Origin: Gemmatimonadales bacterium
GTDB lineage: Bacteria > Gemmatimonadota > Gemmatimonadetes > Gemmatimonadales > GWC2-71-9
NCBI GenBank assembly: GCA_041390145.1
Contig: JAWKQM010000006.1
Span: 103,585-167,584 of the forward strand
Length of the DNA stretch: 64,000 bases
Direction: 5' to 3'
This document shows positions 10,175 to 19,805 of the stretch, in pieces. Position 1 is the stretch's first letter. Every line of letters starts with the position of its first letter. Both the position numbers and the translations under genes were made by a program. The notes under the pieces were generated by a model, which saw only the letters and a program-made list of their open reading frames with translations, ran no database searches and had not been told where the DNA came from.

Positions 10175-11418
10175 TGAAGGTCGCGCGGTTTCTTGTCGCC
10201 TTTGCGATCGTCCTGTTCGGGGCCTGGGCCGCGATCAACCACTCCTGGCCGTGGAAGCGCGTGCTGGTCGCCCCGCCCATCGTGGTGGACAACGCCTGGA
10301 CCGAGAATACCGACACCCTGCACCGGGGTGAAACGATCTCCGAACTGCTCGCGCGCCAGGGAGTGGTCGGGCTGAACCTGCAGGACGTCGTCGAGCGCTC
10401 GAGCTTCGATCCGCGCCGCGCTCGCGCCGGCATGGTCTTCAGCTTCCGGCGTCCCCGCCTGGACTCCTTCCCAAGCGCGTTTTCCGTGCGCACCGGCGCC
10501 GAGCAGCGCCTCCAGTTCCTCCGGGCCGACAGCGGCGGCTGGACGACCGAGATCCAGCCGATCGAATGGCGCCCGGAGGTGGTGCGGATCGAAGGGCCGA
10601 TCGACAACTCGCTGTATGTGGCGCTTGACGACGGGGTCGACGCGCAGCTCCTGGGTCCGGGCGAGCGGGAGCGACTGGCCTGGGACCTCGCGGATGTCTA
10701 TGCCTGGTCCGTGGACTTCACTCGGGACATCAGGTCGGGGGACCGATTCCAGGTCGTGTTCGAACGTGAGGTGTCCGAGGAGGGGGAAGTACGGTTCGGA
10801 AAGATCCTGGCCAGCGACCTCTCCATCAACGGGCGGAACCTCACAGCCTACCGGTTCGAGACGGCGAGCGGCGCGGCGTCCTACTACGACGCCGACGGCC
10901 AGTCCCTCCGGCGTGCCTTCCTCCGGGCCCCCCTCCAGTTCCGCCGCATCTCCTCCAGCTTCAACCGCTCCCGCCGGCATCCGATTCTCGGATACGCCCG
11001 CCGCCACGAGGGCACAGACTACTCCGCCGCCTACGGTACCCCGGTGCTGGCGGCCGGCGAGGGGACCGTGGTCAAGGCGGGGCGGGCCGGGGGATACGGC
11101 AACCTGATCGAGCTGCGCCACGCCAACGGAATCACCACGCGCTACGGGCACCTGAGCGCCATCCTCGTCCGGGTGGGTACCCGGGTCAGCCAGGGACAGG
11201 TCATCGGCCGGGTAGGCGCCACTGGTTTGGCGACGGCCTCGCACCTGCACTACGAGTTCCGGGTCAATGGCGTCGCGCGCGACTCCCGTCGGATGGACCT
11301 CGGCAATGGCAAGCCGGTGGCTACCGCCGATCGTCCGGCGTTCGACATGGAACGGGACCGGCTGGCGGCCGAGTTGTACCCGGTGCCGGCACCGACGATG
11401 GCTCACCTCGGCGACTGA
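10174..11418 (+). CDS. membrane-anchored M23-family metallopeptidase (MepM/YebA-like)
   Basis: N-terminal TM/signal anchor. M23 catalytic motifs are intact (HEGTDY, GYGNLIELRHANG, SHLHYE). The start ATG shares 1 nt with the ftsZ TGA. Confidence 0.85.
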   Translation: MKVARFLVAFAIVLFGAWAAINHSWPWKRVLVAPPIVVDNAWTENTDTLHRGETISELLARQGVVGLNLQDVVERSSFDPRRARAGMVFSFRRPRLDSFPSAFSVRTGAEQRLQFLRADSGGWTTEIQPIEWRPEVVRIEGPIDNSLYVALDDGVDAQLLGPGERERLAWDLADVYAWSVDFTRDIRSGDRFQVVFEREVSEEGEVRFGKILASDLSINGRNLTAYRFETASGAASYYDADGQSLRRAFLRAPLQFRRISSSFNRSRRHPILGYARRHEGTDYSAAYGTPVLAAGEGTVVKAGRAGGYGNLIELRHANGITTRYGHLSAILVRVGTRVSQGQVIGRVGATGLATASHLHYEFRVNGVARDSRRMDLGNGKPVATADRPAFDMERDRLAAELYPVPAPTMAHLGD

Positions 11419-11486
11419 TATCCCGCCGCCCTTCCGCGTCGCCCGAATCCTGACGCCGCCTCCCGCGTAGGATTCTCCAGACCGCC

Positions 11487-13277
11487 ATGCTGACACTCCT
11501 CCTCATCCCCCTCGCGGCATCGCTCGCGCTGATCGCCTATCGCCGGCTGGAAGCCCGGGGCGAACGGACCTGGATCCCGATGCTCCTCCGGGCAATCGCC
11601 TGGGGCGGGCTCGGCGCGTTGCTGGTCAACCCCAGCTGCCCCGGGCCGGTCGATACCCGCCCTCCCCTCGTGCTCCTCGATGCGTCGCTCAGCATGCTCG
11701 CCGACTCTGCACACTGGAGCATTGCCGTCGACACGGCGCGCAGCCTTGGCCGGGTCCGCTGGTTCGGCGACGCCCGGCCCTGGACCGATTCGGTCCCCGG
11801 CCGCGGGCAGAGCGACCTCGCCCCGTCACTTGCCGCCGCGTCGGCCATCGGACGGCAGACGGTTGTCGTCACCGACGGGGAACTCGACGACCTGGGTGAC
11901 GCACCCGCGGACCTGCTCGCATCCACCGGGTTCGTCGTGCTCCCGCGGACGCGGGGCCGCGACCTCGCGGTGCGGCAGGTTCGGGCGCCCGCCCGAGCGA
12001 CGGTCGGCGACACCATCATCGTGAACGTGGAAATTTCCTCCGGTGGGACAACGACGCCCGAGAGCGTCTCGGTGCTCGTGCGGGCGGGGCCGCGAGTCAT
12101 TGGACGAACGACCGCGATCCTGCCGCCGGACGGCTCCCTGCCGCTGCGTGTCGCGGCCGCGACTCGTGGCGTCGCGGTCGGGACGCAGTTCCTGACCGTG
12201 GGCATCGAGGCGGCCGCCGACGCGGAGCCGCGAGACGATGCGCGCCTCGTGGCGGTCGACTTCAGCGGTACGCCGGGCATCGTGCTGCTGGCGAGCCCCG
12301 GCGACTGGGACGCACGGTTTCTCTACCGCACACTGCGCGATGTGGCCGACTTGCCCGTGAAAGGGTTCGTCCGGCTCGACGGGGAACGGTGGCGCGATAT
12401 GGACGGCCTGGCCGTGGTTGGTGCGGCGTCCGTGCGCGCATCCGCCGCCGGCGCGGATCTGCTGATCGTGCGCGGGGAAGCGCCCGCACTGGTTGACATC
12501 TCCAGGGCGCGCGGGCTCCTGCGGTGGCCTGAGGCCGAGTCCGGCGCGGGCGAGTGGTATGCGTCGGCCGCACCTGTCTCTCCCGTCGCGTTGGCCTTCC
12601 TCGGCGTCCCCGTCGATTCGCTCCCGCCGCTCACGGGTATCAGGACGCTCACCCCCGCCGCGGGGGACTGGGTCGGTCTTATGGTCCAGCTCGGGCGGCG
12701 GGGCGCCGTGCGGCCGGTCATGGTCGGGAAACAGCTTGGGAGACGCCGGGAAGTCGTGCTCGGGGCAGATGGCCTCTGGCGATGGGGGTTCCGGGGTGGT
12801 CCGAGCGCGGATGTCTATCGTGCGTTGGTCGCCGCCGCCGTGTCCTGGCTGCTGGCAGAACCGGACGCGGGAAGTTCCGAGGCGCGCATCCTTCAGCGGG
12901 TCACGGAGCAGGGGATGCCTCTCACCTTCGAGCGGGCAAACGATTCGCTGACGATACTGCCCATCACTTTCGAGCAGCAGGGACGGGAACAGCTTGACAC
13001 CCTTCGTTTCGGCGGCGACGGGCGCGCGTCGATCTGGCTTTCACCGGGGATCTACCGCTACCGGCTGGGCGGGCCTCGAGGGGGCACCGGCGTCGCCGCC
13101 GTGGACAGCTGGTCCCGAGAATGGCTCCCACGGGAGGCGGTCGTCTCCTCTCGCCCCGTCCCTGCGGCTGGGGCGGGTGCCCGGCGTTCCGCGCGGCAGT
13201 CGGCATGGCTCTACCTGCTGGTGTTGTTGTCGCTGGCGGGGGAGTGGCTGGCCCGCCGCCGCCTCGGTCTGCGTTGA
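11487..13277 (+). CDS. hypothetical membrane protein with BatA-like N-terminal double-TM region and vWA-like DxSxS motif
   Basis: 596 aa. Two N-terminal TM helices are followed by LLDASLSM (DxSxS). There is a C-terminal TM helix followed by RRRLGLR. No confident family assignment. Confidence 0.5.
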   Translation: MLTLLLIPLAASLALIAYRRLEARGERTWIPMLLRAIAWGGLGALLVNPSCPGPVDTRPPLVLLDASLSMLADSAHWSIAVDTARSLGRVRWFGDARPWTDSVPGRGQSDLAPSLAAASAIGRQTVVVTDGELDDLGDAPADLLASTGFVVLPRTRGRDLAVRQVRAPARATVGDTIIVNVEISSGGTTTPESVSVLVRAGPRVIGRTTAILPPDGSLPLRVAAATRGVAVGTQFLTVGIEAAADAEPRDDARLVAVDFSGTPGIVLLASPGDWDARFLYRTLRDVADLPVKGFVRLDGERWRDMDGLAVVGAASVRASAAGADLLIVRGEAPALVDISRARGLLRWPEAESGAGEWYASAAPVSPVALAFLGVPVDSLPPLTGIRTLTPAAGDWVGLMVQLGRRGAVRPVMVGKQLGRRREVVLGADGLWRWGFRGGPSADVYRALVAAAVSWLLAEPDAGSSEARILQRVTEQGMPLTFERANDSLTILPITFEQQGREQLDTLRFGGDGRASIWLSPGIYRYRLGGPRGGTGVAAVDSWSREWLPREAVVSSRPVPAAGAGARRSARQSAWLYLLVLLSLAGEWLARRRLGLR

Positions 13278-13382
13278 CTCCCGGCGTTAGATTCCGTCCA
13301 TGAAACGCGACCGTGTCACCGAACAGAAAAAGCTGGGCCTCTGGGGCCGCCTCAAGCGGTTGGCGCTCACCGACGTGGGGCG

Positions 13383-14228
13383 ATGGTCCGGGGCTTCAAC
13401 GCCGCCGATCTCGAGTCGGTGGAGCGGCTGTTGCTGGAGGCCGACTTTGGCGTTCCCGCCACGATGGACCTCATGGCGGTGCTCGAAAATGGGGTCCGGC
13501 GAGGGACCTGGAAGAGCGAGGCCGACCTCAAGGAGGCGCTGGTCGACCGGATTGCGGAGCTGCTCGCCACCGCGGAGGGCTCGGGCGAGATCGCCCGGGC
13601 CGCGTCCGGCCCCACGGTCGTGCTTGTCATGGGGGTCAACGGCGTCGGCAAGACGACGACGGTGGCGAAGCTGGCGCATCGCCTCAAGGGGCAGGGACGG
13701 AAGGTCCTTTTGGGCGCCGCCGACACCTGGCGGGCCGGGGCCATTGCGCAGCTGGAGGTGTGGGCGGAACGACTCGACGTGCCGTGCGTGTCGGGCGCGC
13801 CCGGAGGGGATCCCGCCGCGGTGGCCTTCGACGCCGTCGAGGCGGCGGTAGCCCGCGGTGCCGACACCGTGCTGGTGGACACGGCCGGCCGGCTGCACAC
13901 GCAGGAAGGGCTGATGGACGAACTGCGCAAGGTGGCACGCGTGGTCGGCCGGCGTGCCCCGGGCGCTCCTCACGAGTCGCTGCTCGTGCTCGACGGCACC
14001 GTCGGACAGAATGCGGTGCAGCAGGGCCGGCTCTTTGCCGAGGCCGTGCCGCTGACCGGGCTGATCATCACCAAGCTCGACGGCACCGCCAAGGGCGGGG
14101 CGGCGGTCGCGTTGCGACGCGAGTTGGGCGTGCCGATCCGGTTCCTGGGCCGCGGGGAGGGCGTGGCGGACCTTGTCCCCTTCAATCCGCGAGACTTCGC
14201 CAGGCACCTCCTTGCCGACGAAGGGTAG
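13383..14228 (+). CDS. ftsY: signal recognition particle receptor FtsY (NG domain). The N-terminal membrane-targeting peptide appears to sit in another frame from 13300.
   Basis: SRP-GTPase motifs: GVNGVGKTTT, DTAGRLH, TKLDGTAKGG. The upstream ORF starting at 13300 encodes GLWGRLKRLALTDV, an FtsY-like N-terminus. Confidence 0.9.
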   Translation: MVRGFNAADLESVERLLLEADFGVPATMDLMAVLENGVRRGTWKSEADLKEALVDRIAELLATAEGSGEIARAASGPTVVLVMGVNGVGKTTTVAKLAHRLKGQGRKVLLGAADTWRAGAIAQLEVWAERLDVPCVSGAPGGDPAAVAFDAVEAAVARGADTVLVDTAGRLHTQEGLMDELRKVARVVGRRAPGAPHESLLVLDGTVGQNAVQQGRLFAEAVPLTGLIITKLDGTAKGGAAVALRRELGVPIRFLGRGEGVADLVPFNPRDFARHLLADEG

Positions 14229-16299
14229 CGCCCCCTCCAGCCTCCGGCTCGACACGCCCGTCAAGTTCCTCAAGGGGGTCGGCGAGCGGCGCGCCGACGC
14301 CTTTGCGCGACTCGGTGTCGTGACCGCGCAGGATCTTCTCTGGCATCTCCCGCATCGATATCTCGACGCCTCGTCCGTCATTCCGGTGGCCCGCGCCCGG
14401 GTTGGGGATGAAGTCGCCTGTATCGGACGCGTCGTGGACAAGGGCGTGGTGCCGACCCGTAAGGGACTCCGGATCTTCCGCGCGGTGCTGCGCGATGCGT
14501 CGGGCGTTATCGAATGCGCGTGGCCAGGTCAGGCATTTCTCGATCGGACCATCGAGGTTGGGCAGACGTTGCTGGTCGCCGGTACCGTCCGCTTCTACCA
14601 CGGCAGGCAGCTCGCTCCCTCCGAATTCCTGATCCTGGCGGATGAGGACGAGGCGATTGCGCCGGAAAGTGGCCGGGTGCTGCCGGTCTACCCCGCCACC
14701 GAGGGACTCAGCCACAAGATGATCCGCTCCCTCGTGGACCGGCATCTTGACCACCTCCTCCCGTTGGTGAAAGACGCGCTGCCGGCGTCCATCCGGTCGG
14801 AACTTGCCCTCCCCACGCTGGTGGACGCGCTGCGCGACGTACACCGGCCCGCCACCGTGACGGACGCCGAGCGGGGCCGGAGGCGTCTCGCCTTCGATGA
14901 GTTGTTTGACTTGCAGCTGATGCTGGTGCGGGCCCGGACGCTCGCCAAGCGCCAGCGCAGCGGCATCGCCTTCGAGGTCAAGCGCGACCTCACGTCGGCG
15001 CTGAAGGCGGCGCTTCCCTACGAGCTGACGACCGACCAGAAGCAGGCCATTCGGGAAATCACGACGGACATGACCGCCCCGGAACGGATGCATCGCCTGC
15101 TGATGGGCGATGTCGGGACCGGGAAGACCGTCGTGGCGCTCTTTGCCATGCTCCTGGCGGTCGAGAACGACTTCCAGGCGGCGCTGATGGCGCCCACGGA
15201 GTTGTTGGCCGAGCAGCATGCGCGGACCCTCACCGAACTCCTGGCCCCGCTCGGCATCGTGCCGGAGCTGCTGCTGGGGAAGATGACGGCGGCCGCGAAG
15301 AAGGCGGCAAAGGCCCGGCTGGGGCAGGGTGGCGCGCGCATCGCGGTCGGGACGCACGCGCTGATGCAGGAGAGTGTAGCCTTTCGCCGGCTCGGCCTTG
15401 TGGTCATCGACGAACAGCACCGGTTCGGCGTGGAGCAGCGCGCCGCCCTGATCGGGAAGGGATCCTCCCCGGACGTCCTGCTGCTTTCCGCCACGCCGAT
15501 CCCCCGGTCGCTGGCGCTCACCCTCTATGGCGACCTCGACCAGTCCCAGCTGCGGGAGCGGCCGCCGGGGAGAGGGACGGTCCGGACCACCATCCGCAGC
15601 GAACAGCATCGCGAACGGGTCATGGCGTTCATCGAGGCTGAGTGCCGCGCGGGGCGGCAGGCGTATGTCGTCCTGCCGATCATCGACGAATCGGAAAAGG
15701 CGGATCTCCGTGCAGCCACCACGATGGCGGAGATGCTCGATGCACGGTGGCCTGACCTCGTGGTCGAGCTCGTGCACGGCCGCCTCAAGGCGGACGAGCG
15801 CGACCGGGTCATGCGCCGGTTTCGGGATGGCGCGGTGCAGGTGCTCGTCGCCACCACGGTCATTGAAGTGGGAATCGACGTGCCGAACGCCACCGTCATG
15901 GTGATCGAGCACCCGGAGCGGTTCGGGCTGGCGCAGTTGCACCAGCTGCGGGGCCGCATCGGGCGCGGTGCAGGGGACAGCCACTGTATCCTGCTGCCGG
16001 GTGGGCGGACGCCGGACCGGTTGAAGGCGTTCGCGGCCACCAATGACGGGTTTGCGATCGCGGAGCTGGATCTCAAGGAGCGGGGGATGGGCGACCTGAT
16101 CGGCGCGCGCCAGTCTGGCGGCATCGAGGTCCGGCACGCGCGGCTCCCCGAGGATACGGCCCTGCTGCAGCGCGCGCGTGAACTGGCGGGGCAAGTGCTG
16201 GCCGCCGACCCGATGCTCCAGCGGACCGTCAACCAGTCGATCCGGGCCCGTGCGCTGGCCCGCTTTCCGAGAGCGACGGAGTTGTTTCGCATCGGGTAG
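14173..16299 (+). CDS. recG: ATP-dependent DNA helicase RecG
   Basis: Wedge/OB N-terminus, helicase motifs (GDVGTGKTVVA, DEQHRFG, SATPIPRS, QLHQLRGRIGRG). The start is uncertain: TTG at 14173 or TTG at 14212, and both overlap the ftsY end. Confidence 0.93.
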   Translation: MSPSIRETSPGTSLPTKGSAPSSLRLDTPVKFLKGVGERRADAFARLGVVTAQDLLWHLPHRYLDASSVIPVARARVGDEVACIGRVVDKGVVPTRKGLRIFRAVLRDASGVIECAWPGQAFLDRTIEVGQTLLVAGTVRFYHGRQLAPSEFLILADEDEAIAPESGRVLPVYPATEGLSHKMIRSLVDRHLDHLLPLVKDALPASIRSELALPTLVDALRDVHRPATVTDAERGRRRLAFDELFDLQLMLVRARTLAKRQRSGIAFEVKRDLTSALKAALPYELTTDQKQAIREITTDMTAPERMHRLLMGDVGTGKTVVALFAMLLAVENDFQAALMAPTELLAEQHARTLTELLAPLGIVPELLLGKMTAAAKKAAKARLGQGGARIAVGTHALMQESVAFRRLGLVVIDEQHRFGVEQRAALIGKGSSPDVLLLSATPIPRSLALTLYGDLDQSQLRERPPGRGTVRTTIRSEQHRERVMAFIEAECRAGRQAYVVLPIIDESEKADLRAATTMAEMLDARWPDLVVELVHGRLKADERDRVMRRFRDGAVQVLVATTVIEVGIDVPNATVMVIEHPERFGLAQLHQLRGRIGRGAGDSHCILLPGGRTPDRLKAFAATNDGFAIAELDLKERGMGDLIGARQSGGIEVRHARLPEDTALLQRARELAGQVLAADPMLQRTVNQSIRARALARFPRATELFRIG

Positions 16300-16346
16300 G
16301 GGGTGTACAATCCTACCCTCAACGACCCTTACTGCAGCAGAGCCCC

Positions 16347-17642
16347 ATGCCATACGTCAGAATCAACGAACTGGATCGCCACGTCGGTCAGTCTGTCACC
16401 GTCCGCGGATGGGTCGCCACGACCCGATCCAGCGGCAAGATCGCCTTCGTGGTGCTCCGCGACGGTTCCGGGTACCTGCAGACGGTCTTCTCGAAGCGCG
16501 AGGTCCCGGAGGCCACCTGGCTCCGGCTCTCCGAACTCACCCAGGAAGCCTCGATCGCGGTGACTGGCGAGGTGCGGGCGGATGCGCGCGCGCCCGGTGG
16601 CCATGAGCTCACGGCAACCGAGGTGGAGATCCTCGGTACCAGCCCGGATTATCCCATCTCGCCCAAGGAGCATGGGAGCAGCTTCCTCTTCGAACACCGG
16701 CACCTCTGGCTGCGCAGCCGTCGCCAGGTGGCCATCGCCAAGGTGCGCAATGAGGTGGTGCAGGGCATCCGGGACTTCTTCTACGACCGCGATTTTGTGC
16801 TGGTGGACACGCCGATTCTCACCGGATCGATCGGCGAGGAGGCGGGCAACCTCTTCAGCACCGATTACTTCGACCTGGGCAAAGCGTACCTCGCGCAGAC
16901 GGGCCAGCTCTACGTCGAGGCGGCGGCCGCCGCACTCGGCAAGGTGTACTGCTTCGGTCCGACCTTCCGGGCGGAGAAGTCGAAGACGCGGCGCCACCTG
17001 ACCGAGTTCTGGATGGTGGAGCCGGAGGTCGCGTGGAACGACTCCGACGCCAACATGACCCTACAGGAGGAGTTCATCTCCGCCGTGGTGGCGCGCGTGC
17101 TGGACCGCCGGAAGGAAGAATTGAAGGAGCTCGAGCGTGACACGGCGCCGCTTGAGCGGGTGACCGGCCCCTTTCCGCGCATCAGCTACACCGATGCCGT
17201 GGCAAAGCTGCAGGGGCTCGGCTCCGACATCACGTGGGGGAAGGACCTCGGGGGAGACGACGAGACGCTGCTGGCGAAGGAGTACGACCGGCCTGTATTC
17301 GTCTTCAACTACCCCAAAGAGGTCAAGGCCTTCTACATGAAGGAGAACCCCGACGACCCCCGGACGGTGCTGAACAACGACTGCCTGGCCCCCGAGGGGT
17401 ACGGGGAGATCATCGGCGGTTCACAACGCGAGGATGATCACGATCGGTTGCTGGCCAGGATCCTCGCCCAGGGGCTCGACCCCGAGGCGTATCGCTGGTA
17501 TCTCGACCTGCGAAAGTACGGGACCTTTGTGCACAGCGGTTTCGGCCTCGGCGTCGAGCGCACCATCGCCTGGATCTGCGGCAACCCGCACATCAGGGAG
17601 TCGATCGCGTTCCCGAGGCAGATTCACCGGCTCTACCCCTAG
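16347..17642 (+). CDS. asnS: asparagine--tRNA ligase
   Basis: 431 aa class IIb synthetase. AsnRS-type motifs: FRAEKSKTRRHLTEFWMVEPE and GEIIGGSQRE...GFGLGVER. Confidence 0.9.
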   Translation: MPYVRINELDRHVGQSVTVRGWVATTRSSGKIAFVVLRDGSGYLQTVFSKREVPEATWLRLSELTQEASIAVTGEVRADARAPGGHELTATEVEILGTSPDYPISPKEHGSSFLFEHRHLWLRSRRQVAIAKVRNEVVQGIRDFFYDRDFVLVDTPILTGSIGEEAGNLFSTDYFDLGKAYLAQTGQLYVEAAAAALGKVYCFGPTFRAEKSKTRRHLTEFWMVEPEVAWNDSDANMTLQEEFISAVVARVLDRRKEELKELERDTAPLERVTGPFPRISYTDAVAKLQGLGSDITWGKDLGGDDETLLAKEYDRPVFVFNYPKEVKAFYMKENPDDPRTVLNNDCLAPEGYGEIIGGSQREDDHDRLLARILAQGLDPEAYRWYLDLRKYGTFVHSGFGLGVERTIAWICGNPHIRESIAFPRQIHRLYP

Positions 17643-18436
17643 CGCGACTTCACCTCGTCCCAGAGCTCGTCCAGTTTTGTCAGCCCCGCCGAGTGGAGAT
17701 CGATTCCCCGCTCGGCGGCAAGCCGTTCTACCCCCCGGAAGCGCTCGATGAACTTCCGGTTGGCCCTGTCGAGTGCGACACCGGGTGCCACGCCCGCCTT
17801 CCGTGACAGGTTCACCACCGCAAAAAGCAGGTCCCCAATCTCCTCGATCAACTCCGGCGACGCAGCCTGCTCAGCAGTGTGCTCCACATACGGCCCCGCT
17901 GCCTCGCTGCCCCGCTGCCCAGCCGCGGGAAGTTGTTCCACAACTTCCGCGATCTCCTCGCGCACCTTTTCCAGCGGCCCCTGTACGTCGTCCCAGTCGA
18001 ACCCGACGGATGCCGCTCGTTCCTGCAGCCGGAATGCGTGGAGCAGGGGAGGAAGCGTCGGGGGAAGGCCCTCGAGGGTGCCACGGGGGCGCTCCTGCCG
18101 CTTCAGCTGCTCCCAGGGCTGCGCGGGGCCCAGATCGAAGAGGTGCGGGTGCCGACGCTGCATCTTGGCGACCAGGTCATCCGCCACCTGCTTGGCGGTA
18201 AACTCGCCGAGCTCCTCGGCCAGGACGAGTTGCCAGGCGAGATGAAGGAGAAAGTCCCCCATCTCATCGCGTAACAGCGCCGGGTCACCGGAGCCGATGG
18301 CCTGATCGACTTCCAGCACCTCCTCGACCAGGTAGGGCCGCAGCGTCTCCCGGGTTTGCGCACGGTCCCAGGGGCACCGGACACGCAGATCCCTGACCAT
18401 CTCCATGGCACGTCCAAGCGCTGAATTCTCTTGCAT
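17639..18436 (-). CDS. mazG: nucleoside triphosphate pyrophosphohydrolase MazG
   Basis: 265 aa with tandem MazG domains (CPWDRAQT, EEVLEVDQAI, EEIGDLLFAVVN). It is the only minus-strand gene between 1 and 61783. Confidence 0.88.
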   Translation of the reverse strand: MQENSALGRAMEMVRDLRVRCPWDRAQTRETLRPYLVEEVLEVDQAIGSGDPALLRDEMGDFLLHLAWQLVLAEELGEFTAKQVADDLVAKMQRRHPHLFDLGPAQPWEQLKRQERPRGTLEGLPPTLPPLLHAFRLQERAASVGFDWDDVQGPLEKVREEIAEVVEQLPAAGQRGSEAAGPYVEHTAEQAASPELIEEIGDLLFAVVNLSRKAGVAPGVALDRANRKFIERFRGVERLAAERGIDLHSAGLTKLDELWDEVKSR

Positions 18437-18471
18437 TTATCCTCCGTGAACGGTATCATACCCGCCGTCTC

Positions 18472-19554
18472 GTGAGCGCGTCAAACCCTATCCCGCCAGC
18501 CCGTGCCTGGGCCGATATCGACCTTGGCGCCCTCGTCGCCAACGCCCGGACCGTGCTCTCGGTCTCCGGCTCCCGACTCCTCCCCATGGTCAAGGCCAAC
18601 GCCTACGGCATCGGCGCCGCAGCGGCGACGCATGCCCTCGAGGCGGTCGACCCATGGGGCTACGGTGTCGTGACCCCGGAGGAAGGGTTGGCGCTTCGCC
18701 GGGAGGGGATTCGTCGGCCGATCGTCGTGTTCGGGCCGCTGTCGCCCGAGGGGATGGACCACTGTCTCCGCGGCGACTTGCGCCCGGTCATCGGCGACCT
18801 GGAGCAGCTGCGACGCTGGCTGGCCGCAGGCGATCGGCCGTTCCATGTGGAAATCGACACCGGCATGAGCCGGCTCGGATTTTCCTGGAACGATCGTCAT
18901 CTCCTCGGGGAGGCTGGGTCGCTCCTCGAGAAGGCGTCGGGATGGGAAGGTGTATTCACCCACTTCCATTCGGCCGACACCGACCTGGATTCAGCGGGTG
19001 GCCAGTGGGACCGGCTGCAGGCGGTGATTGCGGCGTTCCCGCGGCGCCCGCCGCTGGTTCATGCGGCCAACAGCGCCGCGGCCATGCAGGGACATCGCTT
19101 CGCGGGCGATCTGATTCGGCCAGGCATCTTCCTCTACGGTGGCGTGGCCGGGATGGCGTCGCCCGAGGTCGTCGTGCGGTTTCGCGCGCCGGTTGTGTCG
19201 AGTCGGCGGGTCGCGGCGGGGGAATCGGTCAGCTACGGTGCGACGTGGCGCGCTGGGTCCGACGTCAATATCGTCACGCTCGGGGCCGGTTACGCGGACG
19301 GCCTGCCGCGGTCGCTGAGCGGCGTGGGGAAGGTGGAGCTCGGCGGCATCCTCCGCCCGATCGTCGGGCGGGTGACCATGGACTTCACGATGGTCGATGT
19401 GGGCGACGCCGAGGTTCCGGTCGGAGCGGTCGCCACCATCTTCGGCAGCGCCCCGTCGCTCGACGCACAGGCGTCGGCGGCCGGGACGATCAGCTATGCA
19501 CTGTTGACGGGGCTTGGGCCTCGGGTGATCCGTCGCTATTCGGAGGGAGTATGA
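18472..19554 (+). CDS. alr: alanine racemase
   Basis: 360 aa with a GTG start. PLP-lysine motif MVKANAYGIGA. C-terminal beta domain contains VSYG and RVTMD. Confidence 0.92.
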   Translation: MSASNPIPPARAWADIDLGALVANARTVLSVSGSRLLPMVKANAYGIGAAAATHALEAVDPWGYGVVTPEEGLALRREGIRRPIVVFGPLSPEGMDHCLRGDLRPVIGDLEQLRRWLAAGDRPFHVEIDTGMSRLGFSWNDRHLLGEAGSLLEKASGWEGVFTHFHSADTDLDSAGGQWDRLQAVIAAFPRRPPLVHAANSAAAMQGHRFAGDLIRPGIFLYGGVAGMASPEVVVRFRAPVVSSRRVAAGESVSYGATWRAGSDVNIVTLGAGYADGLPRSLSGVGKVELGGILRPIVGRVTMDFTMVDVGDAEVPVGAVATIFGSAPSLDAQASAAGTISYALLTGLGPRVIRRYSEGV

Positions 19555-19805
19555 ACCAGCATTTCATGTCGCTCGTGCTCGGGTTGGCCCAGCAGGCGGA
19601 GGGAGCCTTGGCGGGCAACTTGCCGCCCGGTGCGGAAGGGCTGAGCCCGGCCGACGCCCGACAGGTGGGACAGGCGTTGATCGATACGCTCGGCATGCTG
19701 CAGGAAAAGACCGCAGGGCAGCTCGAGCCGGACGAGAAGAAGCTGCTCGACGAGGTCGTCACCGCGCTTCGCTTCCGGTTTGTGCAGGGGACTGCCAAAC
19801 CATGA
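19551..19805 (+). CDS. small DUF1844-like protein
   Basis: 84 aa. ATGA overlaps on both sides (alr stop, deoB start). The sequence pattern (LVLGLAQQA...IDTLGMLQEKTAGQL..EE..LL) resembles DUF1844 from memory; this was not verified. Confidence 0.55.
   Translation: MNQHFMSLVLGLAQQAEGALAGNLPPGAEGLSPADARQVGQALIDTLGMLQEKTAGQLEPDEKKLLDEVVTALRFRFVQGTAKP

Noticed and set aside
13313-14323. A 336-aa ORF (and others such as 13287..14441 on the minus strand) overlapping ftsY in alternative frames.
   Set aside because: Arg/Gly-rich composition with no motifs. The frame at 13383 carries unambiguous SRP-GTPase motifs.
14182-16353. Very long ORFs antisense to confirmed genes. Examples: 14182..16353 (-) opposite recG, 35493..37403 (-) opposite ribE/ribBA/ribH, 37599..39515 (-), 30419..32275 (-) opposite argS, 7158..8984 (-) opposite ftsA, 27089..28528 (-) and 10069..11496 (-).
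   Set aside because: They are Arg/Pro/Gly/Ala-rich with no recognisable motifs, and they mirror genes that have strong family signatures. Stop-codon depletion on the antisense strand is expected at about 70% GC.
17639-17642. The asnS (+) and mazG (-) stop codons overlap in the palindrome CTAG, so the convergent genes share 4 nt.
   Set aside because: The overlap is real in the sequence, but it is a trivial consequence of tight packing. No functional implication can be supported.
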